Part shown: positions 11,495 through 21,221 of the stretch, piece after piece
How positions within the stretch are numbered: position 1 is the stretch's first letter
How the letters are laid out: each line of letters begins with the position of its first letter
NCBI GenBank assembly: GCA_910588655.1
Contig: CAJUPJ010000013.1
Span: forward strand, 6,444-70,443
Length of the DNA stretch: 64,000 bases
DNA from: an uncultured Lachnospiraceae bacterium
GTDB lineage: Bacteria > Bacillota > Clostridia > Lachnospirales > Lachnospiraceae
Direction of reading: 5' to 3'
Made by a program: the position numbers and the translations under genes
Notes under the pieces: model-generated
What the model was told of the DNA's origin: nothing
The model's database searches: none
The model's input: only the letters and a program-made list of their open reading frames with translations

Positions 11495-14458
11495 TTAATA
11501 AAGTTCAAATGCTTTCAGGCAGCCACTTCCTTCTCCCCTGAATGTAAGGTAAACAGCCCATTTGCCATCTGGAATTCCTGCCTCTGCACTAAATTCTGTC
11601 CATGTATTAGAAAATTCTACAGGTACTTCTGCAAGACACTCACCATCCCATGTTGTACGCATTTCAAATACACCCTTAAAATAACCACGTGTCCAGATTC
11701 TAATTCCACTAATGCCCTGGCAGTCAAAATACTTAAAACCTGCTGTTGCCGTATTGTGTATATTGGCAATATAACCGTCATCCATATCACCATCTTTGCC
11801 ATCCTGCTTAATTACAGGGCTTGTACTGTCATCACCTGAATACATAGGCAGCTTGTCTCCAGGTTTATAAGCATCAGTATATGTCTTGTGTACATCCCTG
11901 TTGAATAAATTACATGCAATATATGCTGGATGGACTCCCTTGCCATTAAGCGGGCCGCCATTTAAACCACATGAAGTAAGTTCTGCCTGCCCGAACATGC
12001 CGTTGCTGTCCATTTCCAGGCGCTCTGCACACCCCTGCCTGCTGTACCATGTGCCATTGGTCTGGCGGTGGTAGAATATATACCATACATCCTTTATCTG
12101 CACAATGCTCCCGTGGTTATTACCACCAAATGCTGCCACCATACCTGCTGGTTTGTATGTATCTATATGTATGTCACAGTTACTAACCAGCACACCTGAA
12201 TATTTAAACCCGCTGTCTGGCTTTTCACTAACTGCATAGCATAATTCATGCATTACTTCTGATGAATATATAAAGTAATATTTATTATTAATTTTGCGTA
12301 TGGAAGGTGCTTCAAAGAACGCATGGCCTTCAAATTCTGTCCCACTGCTGTATTCACTTCCTGGCAGGATTATCACAGGGTCTTGTATTACTGTAAGCAT
12401 ATCATCCCCTAAAACTATTACAGATGCACCCTTCCTGGACTTATCACCTTTTCCGCAAAAACCTGTATACAGGTAAACCTTGCCATCTTCAAATAAGACA
12501 CCTGGGTCAAACTGCGGCTGGTCTCCTTCCCTTCCGCCTAATAACACACCATCTTTATAATGGACATTTCCATAAAATTTATAATGGCCTGCTGGTGTAT
12601 CACATACTGCTACTGAAACAGTCTGTAATTTATCCAGTACATAGTATAAATAATACCTGCCATCCGGGCCTTTTGTAATATCCGGCGCATACAGGCACAT
12701 ACTGCCGTCTGGGTTTGCAGGGTCATCTGTTTTCTTATAAATTACCCCCTCATACCTCCAGTCCCCTAAGTTATCTTCTGGCGCTGACCAGCATATATAA
12801 TCACCCTGGCAGAATACAACACCATTAAAATGGTCATGTGAACCATACACATACACCCTGCCATCAAAAACATATGGTTCACCATCTGGCACATATTCCC
12901 ATGAAGGCAGGTATGGGTTAAGTGCTTCTCTCTTTTCATAAGTCCCGCTGTTTCCAGTATGTTCTATCATAAAATCTATAAATGGCTTTTCTGTACTGCC
13001 ACTTGTTTTAATGCCATCTGAACTAAAAACCATGCTGCATGCACAGTCCTTTGTATATGGCTTCCACTCTGGAAGTTCTTCCCCGTCAGTACCAGTGCCA
13101 TTTGGATTTCCATTCTTAATAAAATTGCATAAATAATCACACATTTTTCTTGCAAGGTCATAATGCTTTCCAACAAACGGCCTCCAGCACTTGGCAAGTG
13201 TTTCAAAAAAGAACCATAAATCTGATGAATGGAAACTTCCAGGATTATCCCATCCAGGCAGGTTTTCATCAAAACAATAGTAATAGCAGTCCCCGTTATT
13301 GCCATTTTCCCTGTTTCTAAGGAATGTACCTTTAATTGCACACTCTATGCCATTTACAGGCGCATACCCTCCATTGCTGCATACATGGCTTTCTTCAAAC
13401 CCAAGAAATTCTTCTGCATTGCTGCCAAATATTACTTCTGCTTTTTCTTTTAATTCTTCTTCATTTCCAGCATTAATTGTGCTTAAAAATTCATCCATTG
13501 TATTCCCTGCCATTAATGGCACACTAATGTACTGGTTCTTGTCAATAAGTTCCAGAGGGTTTCCATATAAAAATCTCTGGTCACGTACTGTAAACATTCT
13601 AGGGTTCTCTTTTACATATTCCGCATATTTCATGCTTAAATAGTGTGCATCCATCATTCTTGCCTGGCTGATATTTTCTGCACCTGCAAATTCAATAAAC
13701 CTTTTTCCGTTTTTCTGTGCACTTTCCATGCTTTCAGGTGAAAAAACAAATTCCCTTTCATATGGATTCCTAATCATTCCACTCATTATAACAGCCTTCT
13801 GGAACAGCCCCTTGTTTTCCATGCAGACCATTTGTGACAAAACACTGCCACCGCCTGCTGACTGGCCCGCTATTGTAATATTTCCAGGGTCTCCGCCAAA
13901 CGCCTGTATATTCCTTTTAACCCACTTAAGCCCTGCCTGCTGGTCCAAACTTCCAAAATTGGCAGGTGCTTCTGGCTGTTCCATCATAAGTTCTGGATGT
14001 GTCATAAACCCAAATACATTCAGCCTGTAACTTACAGTAACAACCACAATACCACGCCTTGCTATACGTTCACCATCCATCTCCATTTCTGATGTATAAC
14101 CCCACTGCAAAGCGCCGCCAAAAAACCATACAAGCACAGGCAGGCGGCTTTCATCTGATTTTGCATTAGTCCAGATATTCAGGTACAGGCAGTCCTCATC
14201 CATTTCAATATCCGGTTCCACATGCCATTCACGGCAGTAAATATCATCACCAACCCCTGGCGTGTCTTGTACTGGTATTGGCTTAAATTTATAAGCATCC
14301 AATATTCCATCCCAGTCTTTACAAGGCATTGGTGCTCTCCACCTGTTTTCATAAACAGGCGGTGCAGCAAATGGAATTCCCTTAAACGCAGTAATACGTG
14401 GGTCTGCCGCTGGAAGCCCCCTGACAAGCCCGTTTTCAGTTTTTGCAATCCTAACCAT
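11495..14458 (-). CDS. Fusion of type-B carboxylesterase, GH43 and a CBM6-like module
   Basis: N-half FKGIPFAAPP, EDCLYLNIW, GQSAGG, FHSSD; C-half NPYLPSWEYVPDGEP, YAPD, FDPG, FFEAPSI; C-terminal GFKYFD module. Confidence 0.88.
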   Translation of the reverse strand: MVRIAKTENGLVRGLPAADPRITAFKGIPFAAPPVYENRWRAPMPCKDWDGILDAYKFKPIPVQDTPGVGDDIYCREWHVEPDIEMDEDCLYLNIWTNAKSDESRLPVLVWFFGGALQWGYTSEMEMDGERIARRGIVVVTVSYRLNVFGFMTHPELMMEQPEAPANFGSLDQQAGLKWVKRNIQAFGGDPGNITIAGQSAGGGSVLSQMVCMENKGLFQKAVIMSGMIRNPYEREFVFSPESMESAQKNGKRFIEFAGAENISQARMMDAHYLSMKYAEYVKENPRMFTVRDQRFLYGNPLELIDKNQYISVPLMAGNTMDEFLSTINAGNEEELKEKAEVIFGSNAEEFLGFEESHVCSNGGYAPVNGIECAIKGTFLRNRENGNNGDCYYYCFDENLPGWDNPGSFHSSDLWFFFETLAKCWRPFVGKHYDLARKMCDYLCNFIKNGNPNGTGTDGEELPEWKPYTKDCACSMVFSSDGIKTSGSTEKPFIDFMIEHTGNSGTYEKREALNPYLPSWEYVPDGEPYVFDGRVYVYGSHDHFNGVVFCQGDYICWSAPEDNLGDWRYEGVIYKKTDDPANPDGSMCLYAPDITKGPDGRYYLYYVLDKLQTVSVAVCDTPAGHYKFYGNVHYKDGVLLGGREGDQPQFDPGVLFEDGKVYLYTGFCGKGDKSRKGASVIVLGDDMLTVIQDPVIILPGSEYSSGTEFEGHAFFEAPSIRKINNKYYFIYSSEVMHELCYAVSEKPDSGFKYSGVLVSNCDIHIDTYKPAGMVAAFGGNNHGSIVQIKDVWYIFYHRQTNGTWYSRQGCAERLEMDSNGMFGQAELTSCGLNGGPLNGKGVHPAYIACNLFNRDVHKTYTDAYKPGDKLPMYSGDDSTSPVIKQDGKDGDMDDGYIANIHNTATAGFKYFDCQGISGIRIWTRGYFKGVFEMRTTWDGECLAEVPVEFSNTWTEFSAEAGIPDGKWAVYLTFRGEGSGCLKAFELY

Positions 14459-14621
14459 CCTTTATCCCCCATTCTTTTTAAATATATAAGAAACCCAATG
14501 CCACCTTTAGGCGGCACAAATAGAAAAACGAATATTTTCACACTAATTTCCTATAAATATAAAAATACCTTTAACTGTTATTACACTCTTTAAGAGTATA
14601 ATATCCGTTAAAGGTATTCTA

Positions 14622-14634
14622 ATCAATTATTGCT
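14622..14634. promoter_or_regulatory. Second copy of the candidate AraC box, upstream of the esterase-GH43 operon
   Basis: atcaattattgct is identical to 2771-2783, same orientation relative to a minus-strand xylan operon. Confidence 0.45.
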
Positions 14635-14647
14635 TTTTAATTTCTAT

Positions 14648-15622
14648 TTATTGCTTGTTTTGGCATGGGGAAGCTTCATAAAGGACTTTCTCTATTATAA
14701 ATCTTGGCCTTTCTTTTACTTCCATATATATTTTGCCTATATATTCACCTATAATCCCAAGTGACAAAAGAATAATGCCACCTATTCCCCAAAGGGATAT
14801 AACAATGCTTGTCCATCCTGCAACTACTCTTCCCATAGCCCATACCACAATGAAATATATTAACATAAGTATACTTATTGAAAAAACCAGCATACCAATA
14901 GTTGTAATCATTCTTATAGGTTTTACACTGCATGATGTAATTCCATCCACTGCAAATGATACCATCTTTTTAAGCGGGTATTTTGATTCCCCTGCAAAAC
15001 GTTCATGGCGTTCATAATATACTATATCTGTTTCATAACCAATCATAGGGACTATGCCCCTTAAGAAAAGATTTACTTCCTTAAACTGTGCAAGCCCCTC
15101 TAAAGCCCTCTTGCTCATAAGCCTGTAATCCGCATGGTCTTCCAGCGTATCAGCACCCATAAACTTCATAACCTTATAAAATGCATGTGCTGTGCCACGC
15201 TTAAACACAGTATCCGTTGCCCTTGTGGAACGCACACCATATACAATATCTTTTCCTTCAAGGAATTTATCAATAAACTGTCCGATTGCACCCACATCAT
15301 CCTGCAAATCAGCATCAAGTGAAATTGCTGCATCTGCATAATCCTTCGCAGTCATAAGCCCCGCAAGAAGTGCATTCTGGTGTCCTCTGTTATGTGCAAG
15401 GTTTATGCCTGTAAAAATATGGTCTTCCTCATGTAACTGGGATATAATATTCCATGTCATATCTTTAGAACCATCATTTACAAATGCAATCCGGCTCTGG
15501 CTGCTTATCTTTCCTTCTGCCATCAGTCCATGCATAATGTCCCTTAGCTGCTTAGAAGTTTCAGGAAGCACCTCCTGTTCATTATAACATGGTATAACTA
15601 GCCATACAGTATTAGATTTCAT
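14648..15622 (-). CDS. GT2 polyprenol-phosphate glycosyltransferase (GtrB/CsbB-like)
   Basis: VIPCYNE, NDGSKD, DADLQDD, two C-terminal transmembrane helices, GEYIGKIYMEVKERP. Confidence 0.9.
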   Translation of the reverse strand: MKSNTVWLVIPCYNEQEVLPETSKQLRDIMHGLMAEGKISSQSRIAFVNDGSKDMTWNIISQLHEEDHIFTGINLAHNRGHQNALLAGLMTAKDYADAAISLDADLQDDVGAIGQFIDKFLEGKDIVYGVRSTRATDTVFKRGTAHAFYKVMKFMGADTLEDHADYRLMSKRALEGLAQFKEVNLFLRGIVPMIGYETDIVYYERHERFAGESKYPLKKMVSFAVDGITSCSVKPIRMITTIGMLVFSISILMLIYFIVVWAMGRVVAGWTSIVISLWGIGGIILLSLGIIGEYIGKIYMEVKERPRFIIEKVLYEASPCQNKQ

Positions 15623-15655
15623 ATTAGTATAAAATTACCTCTCTGATATATTTGC

Positions 15656-16102
15656 CTATTTAAACATGCTTCCAAGAACCTGGTTTACAAGGCTTCCGTC
15701 AGCTTTGCCTTTAACCCTTGGCATAAGCACTTTCATTATCTTTCCTTTATCAGAAGCGGCAGGTGTTTCAATAGAAAGTTCACCAAGTACAGAATTTATA
15801 ACTTCTGTTATCTCAGCTTCATCCATCATCTTAGGTGCATATTCCTCAAGCACTTTAATAGTGTAATTACATTCATCAATAATATCCTGCCTGTCTGCAG
15901 GTGTCATTTCAAGTGTTTCCTTAGACTGCTTAATCAGCTTTAAAACAACATGGTTCTCATCTTCTTCAGTAAGTTCTGCCATTTTGTTTATCTGGAAATT
16001 TTTAAGTTCTGTAAGAAGGCCTGAAAGGACATTTTTACGCTCTTTGTCCTTTGCTTTCATAGCTGCCATCATTTCACTGCGTACTAAATCAATCTTGCCC
16101 AT
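15656..16102 (-). CDS. yqeY: GatB/YqeY domain protein
   Basis: AMKAKDKER...GKIMKVLMPRVKGKADGSLVNQ. Confidence 0.9.
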   Translation of the reverse strand: MGKIDLVRSEMMAAMKAKDKERKNVLSGLLTELKNFQINKMAELTEEDENHVVLKLIKQSKETLEMTPADRQDIIDECNYTIKVLEEYAPKMMDEAEITEVINSVLGELSIETPAASDKGKIMKVLMPRVKGKADGSLVNQVLGSMFK

Positions 16103-16189
16103 TATAAAATCCTCCTTTTATATTATATCCTTTTAGTATAAAAATATCCCCAGGCGGCAGGGCTGCCCTGGATATTATTATAAATTTAC

Positions 16190-16233
16190 AGGCGTGCCTA
16201 TGGAACACCACAATAAAGTTCCAGGGGCACGCC
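16190..16233 (-). terminator. Stem-loop downstream of the Ig-like protein gene
   Basis: aggcgtgcc-tatggaac...gttccagg-ggcacgcct inverted repeat. Confidence 0.5.
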
Positions 16234-16266
16234 TTATTTTACTAAATCTTATTCTTGGTCTGCCTT

Positions 16267-17265
16267 CTAACGTACTTCATAAATAATTGTTCCTGAAGGC
16301 TTATATGATGCTGTACGTAAATCAGCTTTCTTATTCTTTAAAGCAGATTTCTTAATAACAAACTTAAAGTCCTTTGAACTGCCAGAATTTAAAGACATTT
16401 TCTTGTTCTTAACTTTAAATGTACCAACTGCCTTTCCAGCAGCATCATTTACTTTAATAGTTAATTTCTTAATCTTTGTAGCCCTGTAGCCCCTGTTATT
16501 TAAAACACTTGCTTTAAGGACAAGGTTTCCTTTGCCATCATAAGACATTTTATAAACCTGTACCTGTGAATTGCCATATTCAACTGATGAAGCATATCTT
16601 CTTGTTTCATTATATTCATTCTTATATACTGTAACTGTACATGTGCCGATAACCTGTCCATCTGCTGTTGAAGCTGTAATCTTTGCCCCTCCTGCCTTTT
16701 TAGCTGTAACCTTTCCAGCAGAGTTTACTGTTGCAACACTGTTATCACTGCTTGCCCATACAACTTCACCTGTAGCACCTGAAACAGAAAGTTTTTCTGT
16801 AAAGCCCTTTGTAAGTGTAATAGAATTCTGGCTAAGCACTGCAGAAGCTTTTTCCTGTGATACTGAAATAGCATATTGTGTATCTGTATTAAAGTTTAAT
16901 ACTACTTTCCAGTCAGCAGGTAAAGGTTCAGCCATCTGTAAAGAATAGATATATGCATTAAGTGTCTCAGCATACTGCCATGATGTAGCATCCTCTGTTA
17001 ATGTAGCTGTATTAACAAATGTATCATTCTGGTAAAATGACAACATCCCGCCAACCATCTGTGGAACTAATAAATCAATATAAACTTTCCCTGAATCACT
17101 TACTTGAAAATTATATGTAACCTCAGTATTTGCTGTTGCTGTTCCTTCTTCATATAAAAGAGGAACTTCCTCTGCTTTAGTTGTAACAGGATTGTATGCA
17201 ATACCGCTTATTGTCAAAGCAGCTGCTACTAATACAGCTCCTGTTTTCTTAAAAATACTATTCAT
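16267..17265 (-). CDS. Secreted protein with a bacterial Ig-like (Big_2) domain
   Basis: Signal peptide MNSIFKKTGAVLVAAALTISG after a GGAGG RBS; WASSDNSVATVNSAGKVTAKKAG; Lys-rich C-terminus. Confidence 0.75.
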   Translation of the reverse strand: MNSIFKKTGAVLVAAALTISGIAYNPVTTKAEEVPLLYEEGTATANTEVTYNFQVSDSGKVYIDLLVPQMVGGMLSFYQNDTFVNTATLTEDATSWQYAETLNAYIYSLQMAEPLPADWKVVLNFNTDTQYAISVSQEKASAVLSQNSITLTKGFTEKLSVSGATGEVVWASSDNSVATVNSAGKVTAKKAGGAKITASTADGQVIGTCTVTVYKNEYNETRRYASSVEYGNSQVQVYKMSYDGKGNLVLKASVLNNRGYRATKIKKLTIKVNDAAGKAVGTFKVKNKKMSLNSGSSKDFKFVIKKSALKNKKADLRTASYKPSGTIIYEVR

Positions 17266-17537
17266 TTTGATAATTTCCTCCATTCTGCGTCCCACGCGCA
17301 AACTATTTTTACAACAATAACAGTATAACAAACCTACAACAATTTCACAAGATATTTTTAACAATTTGTACATATTTTAGCAATAATATATATAAAAGCT
17401 TTCCAATTAATATAGAAATTGGTACATTTTCACCTTTTATATAGCATTTTCTGACATTTTACGGCATTATAGAACTTTTTCTGGCAAACAAAAAGACTAT
17501 ATATCCCATATAGCCTTTACATTAATTTAAACCTTAA

Positions 17538-17609
17538 CTGGGCTACAAGGATTCGAACCTTGAAATGCTGGAGTCAGAGTCCAGTGCCTTACCGTTTGGC
17601 GATAGCCCA
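17538..17609 (-). tRNA. tRNA-Gln (CTG)
   Basis: TGGGCTA/TAGCCCA acceptor stem, CTGGA-CTCTGAC-TCCAG anticodon arm, GGTTCGAATCC; CCA not encoded. Confidence 0.97.
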
Positions 17610-17663
17610 TCAATCAGATTATAAGGAAAACAGTAAATACTGCTCCCTGTTTTTAAAAACAAA

Positions 17664-17735
17664 CTGGGCTACAAGGATTCGAACCTTGAAATGCTGGAGT
17701 CAGAGTCCAGTGCCTTACCGTTTGGCGATAGCCCA
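17664..17735 (-). tRNA. tRNA-Gln (CTG), identical second copy
   Basis: Same sequence as 17538-17609. Confidence 0.97.
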
Positions 17736-17777
17736 TCAATAACTATAAATGCTTTTCCTTAACCAAAGCACTTGCTT

Positions 17778-17806
17778 ATTATATTATATGGTTTATAAAA
17801 ATGCAA
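17778..17806 (-). promoter_or_regulatory. Sigma-A promoter for the tRNA pair
   Basis: TTGCAT-17 bp-TATAAT. Confidence 0.7.
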
Positions 17807-17955
17807 GCTTTTTTTCTAATTTTTTTTTAAAAATGTTAAAAGCAGGCATCTGCAAAATGCCAGCCTGCCTGGCATAACCCCAGGGTATACATTATCCAGG
17901 CTGGTAAAAAGACCACTTAATACAAAGTGGCCGTAATAATGGAAAACACTATTAA

Positions 17956-18129
17956 TTAATATTTGCGCTTACGGGCAGCCTCAGACTTCTTCTTACGACG
18001 TACGCTTGGCTTCTCATAATGCTCTCTTTTACGGATTTCCTGCTGGATACCTGCTTTAGCACAATTTCTTTTAAAACGGCGCAAAGCGTTATCCAGTGTC
18101 TCGTTCTCTTTTACGATTACATTTGACAT
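17956..18129 (-). CDS. rpsU: 30S ribosomal protein S21
   Basis: [21 protein letters not shown]...[18 protein letters not shown]; true start taken at 18129 after GGAGG. Confidence 0.97.
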   Translation of the reverse strand: MSNVIVKENETLDNALRRFKRNCAKAGIQQEIRKREHYEKPSVRRKKKSEAARKRKY

Positions 18130-18343
18130 TGTCTCACACCTAACCTCCCTCCAGTTGTAAATTATGCTTCCAATACACAACTGTATAGGGTAATATTTTA
18201 CGCAGAACCGCATAGCTAGTAAAACAACCCTCCGTTCTGCTTGCACAAAGAATATTATACCATATTATCTATATTAGTCAACTACTTTTTACCAGAACTT
18301 CACATCTGTTTTATAAATTCCTGTACAATAAAATGTATGTGGG

Positions 18344-18460
18344 ATAATTTCCAGTTATCCTGCTAAATCTGCCGGTTTATGTTTTTTCTGGAATTTTGCC
18401 AGCAGACAGCAAGTTTCTAATGTCCCATCTAGTATTATTACATGACGAGGGCACTTCAGC
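18344..18460. repeat. Truncated hairpin element (S' plus one arm of module a, reverse)
   Basis: ataatttccagttat at 18344, then cagcaagtttc...attattacatgacgagggcacttcagc matching 51821-51873; ends in the fruR stop codon. Confidence 0.75.
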
Positions 18461-19202
18461 CTGCAACTATAATATTACAACATCCATTGTAATCTTTTGA
18501 AGGTTTTCTTTCTGTTATTATTTGTGCGTCCTCAAGCTTGGCAAAGCTTATAGCAGTAATTTTACCGAATTTTGATGAATCTGCCAGAATATACTTCTGG
18601 TGGCAATGTTCCATAGCTATTTGCTTAACTATTGATTCGCTGCTGTCTGGTGTAGTATATCCAAACCGCCTGCTAATTCCGTTCGTGCCAAAAAAACCTT
18701 TTGTAAAATGGTATTTCTGTAAACTTAAAACAGCCTGGCTTCCTATAACAGCTTCTGTCGTGCCTTTGAGCTCCCCTCCTGTCAAAAGCACTTTGAACCC
18801 TTCAATTGCCAGCCTTCTTGCATGGTCTACTGCATTTGTCACGAATGTAACATTTTTTTCTGATAAATATTCAATCATGTAACCAGTAGTTGTACCTGCA
18901 TCCAGATAAACAAAATCATTTTCCTGGATTAAACCGGCAGCATACCTGGCAATCTGCCGTTTCTCTGCCGGTTTTACCTCTTGTTTCTGTGCAACAGAAA
19001 GTTCTGTTATTGTATATGGATTTTCAATTGCTACTGCACCGCCAAAGACTTTGCTTAATTTACCAGCCTTATCTAATGTTGCCAGGTCCCTGCGTACCGT
19101 AGAGTCAGACCCGCCTGTCATCTCTTTGATTTCTGATACAGAAATGCTGTTTTTTTCTTTTAACATCTGCAAAATAATTTCATGGCGCTTTTCTGTCAAC
19201 AT
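18456..19202 (-). CDS. fruR: DeoR/GlpR-family regulator of the fructose operon
   Basis: HTH STVRRDL...KVFGGA, YLDAGTT, operon context. Confidence 0.88.
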   Translation of the reverse strand: MLTEKRHEIILQMLKEKNSISVSEIKEMTGGSDSTVRRDLATLDKAGKLSKVFGGAVAIENPYTITELSVAQKQEVKPAEKRQIARYAAGLIQENDFVYLDAGTTTGYMIEYLSEKNVTFVTNAVDHARRLAIEGFKVLLTGGELKGTTEAVIGSQAVLSLQKYHFTKGFFGTNGISRRFGYTTPDSSESIVKQIAMEHCHQKYILADSSKFGKITAISFAKLEDAQIITERKPSKDYNGCCNIIVAG

Positions 19203-19216
19203 AGTTTCCCTTCCCT

Positions 19217-20854
19217 CTAACTTTTAAGTTCTCCTACGTTTGTTTCCAGAATGATTTTGCGGATTGGAAGAATTCTTCCAGGTGAAACAGATAATTCATC
19301 TATTCCCATAGCAAGAAACTCCTGTGTTAAATCCAGGTCAGCACCCAGTTCCCCACAGATGCCAGCCCAGATACCCTCTTTATGGGCATTTTCAATAACC
19401 ATGCGTATCATAGAAAGAACAGCTGGATGATGTGCGTCATAGAAACTGTCCAGTTTTGTATTCTGCCTGTCAATAGCCAGAGTATACTGTGTCAGGTCGT
19501 TTGTCCCGATACTGAAAAAATCAACTTCCCTGGCAAGTTCCTGGCTTATCATTACAGCAGCAGGTGTTTCAATCATAATACCCTGTGACGGGCTTCCAAA
19601 GTCAATTCCCTGTTCTTCCAGTTCTTTCTTTACCTCTTCCACAATTTCTTTAATTTTCTTTACTTCCCACACGCTTGTAATCATAGGGTACATAATAGCC
19701 AGGTTTCCATATGCGCTGGCACGGAACAATGCACGTAATTGTGTCTTAAAAATTTCCGGACGGTCAAGACAGATACGGATAGCCCGGTAGCCCATTGCAG
19801 GATTATCTTCCTTTTCAATCTGGAAATAACCGCATTGTTTATCAGCACCAATATCCAGAGTACGGATAATTACCTGTTTTCCCGCCATTGTTTCTGCTAC
19901 TGTCTTATATACGGCAAACTGTTCCTCTTCTGTTGGATAATTGTCCTTTTCCAGATAAAGGAACTCACTGCGGAACAATCCAATACCTCCGGCATCATTC
20001 TGGATAACGGCCGCTAAATCTTTATTGTTTCCAATATTAGCATAAAGCTTTATTTCTTTTCCGTCAAGAGTAATATCTGCTTTTCCCTTAAGTGCCTGTA
20101 ACAGTTCTTTCTGTTCCTGTTCCTTCTTCTGCTTTTCCTTCATCATTACAAGGGTATCTTCATCTGGGTCTATATAGACTACACCCTTGCTTCCATCTAC
20201 AATTGCAAGTTTCCCGTTGACTGTATCATCTAATGTAATATCAGTGCTTATAAGTGCAGGAATACCCATTGTCCTTGCCAGTATGGCTGTATGTGAATTT
20301 ACAGAACCATGTACTGTTACAAATGACAATACCATATCTTTATTCATCTGGACAGTTTCAGAAGGAGCAAGGTCGTCTGCAAGGATAATAACAGGCTCTT
20401 CTGTATCCATTCCAGCTCTGGTGTTTCCATTTAATATACCAAGAAGCCTTTCCGAAATATCTTTTACATCTGCTGCCCTGCCACGCATATACTCATCATC
20501 CATTGCAGCAAACATATTTGAAAAATTATCCCCTGTCGCAGCAACTGCATATTCTGCGTTTACCTGCTGGCTTTCAATAATATTCTCTACAGACTCTTTA
20601 TAATCGTCATCCTGGAGCATCATCTGGTGTACTTCAAAAATAGCAGCATTAACTTCCCCGGCTTCCTTTAACGCTTTTTCATATAAAACCTGCAGCTCTT
20701 CTGTTGCCTGTTCTGTTGCAGCATAATAACGTTTCTTCTCTTTTTCAGTATCTTCAGTTTTAACACGTTTTACCTGCTGCTCCCTCTTCTGGTAAATACT
20801 CGTTTTACCAATGGCAACACCATTAAATACACTTTTGCCATAATAAGTCTTCAT
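19217..20854 (-). CDS. ptsI: PTS enzyme I
   Basis: GSVNSHTAILAR phospho-His motif, GIGLFRSEFLYL, FFSIGTNDLTQY. Confidence 0.95.
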   Translation of the reverse strand: MKTYYGKSVFNGVAIGKTSIYQKREQQVKRVKTEDTEKEKKRYYAATEQATEELQVLYEKALKEAGEVNAAIFEVHQMMLQDDDYKESVENIIESQQVNAEYAVAATGDNFSNMFAAMDDEYMRGRAADVKDISERLLGILNGNTRAGMDTEEPVIILADDLAPSETVQMNKDMVLSFVTVHGSVNSHTAILARTMGIPALISTDITLDDTVNGKLAIVDGSKGVVYIDPDEDTLVMMKEKQKKEQEQKELLQALKGKADITLDGKEIKLYANIGNNKDLAAVIQNDAGGIGLFRSEFLYLEKDNYPTEEEQFAVYKTVAETMAGKQVIIRTLDIGADKQCGYFQIEKEDNPAMGYRAIRICLDRPEIFKTQLRALFRASAYGNLAIMYPMITSVWEVKKIKEIVEEVKKELEEQGIDFGSPSQGIMIETPAAVMISQELAREVDFFSIGTNDLTQYTLAIDRQNTKLDSFYDAHHPAVLSMIRMVIENAHKEGIWAGICGELGADLDLTQEFLAMGIDELSVSPGRILPIRKIILETNVGELKS

Positions 20855-20878
20855 AGCTGTCACCCCGCTTTCTGGCGC

Positions 20879-21136
20879 TTACAAATTTTCTTTCATAAAA
20901 GCACTGATTTTATCATATGCGGCATCCTCATCTTCCCCATCGAAATTTATTACTATTTCATTGCCGCTTTTTACTGCAAGCCCCATAATTCCAAAGATTT
21001 TTTTGCAGTCGCCAGATTTACCATCCTTTGTTAAAGTGATTTTGCATGAAAATTCCTTTGCCACTTTCACCAGTTCCCCTGCTGGGCGTGCATGTATTCC
21101 TTCTGGGTCTGTAATAGTATAAGTAAATTCCTTCAT
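20879..21136 (-). CDS. ptsH: HPr phosphocarrier
   Basis: GIHARPA motif. Confidence 0.93.
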   Translation of the reverse strand: MKEFTYTITDPEGIHARPAGELVKVAKEFSCKITLTKDGKSGDCKKIFGIMGLAVKSGNEIVINFDGEDEDAAYDKISAFMKENL

Positions 21137-21221
21137 AATAATAGTCCTCCTTTTAATTGTTTGATTTTATATTGTTTAATATATTTAACTGTTTCAAAAT
21201 AATATTTTTACACCTGGCTTT

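Noticed and set aside
17560..17742. 60-aa ORF with an internal repeat
   Set aside because: It is the antisense reading of the two tRNA-Gln genes.
18130..18246. N-terminal extensions in the ORF track (rpsU, fruA, fruK, spoIVA, histidine kinase, DUF262 gene and others)
   Set aside because: Downstream ATGs have RBSs and match family N-termini, so starts were trimmed.
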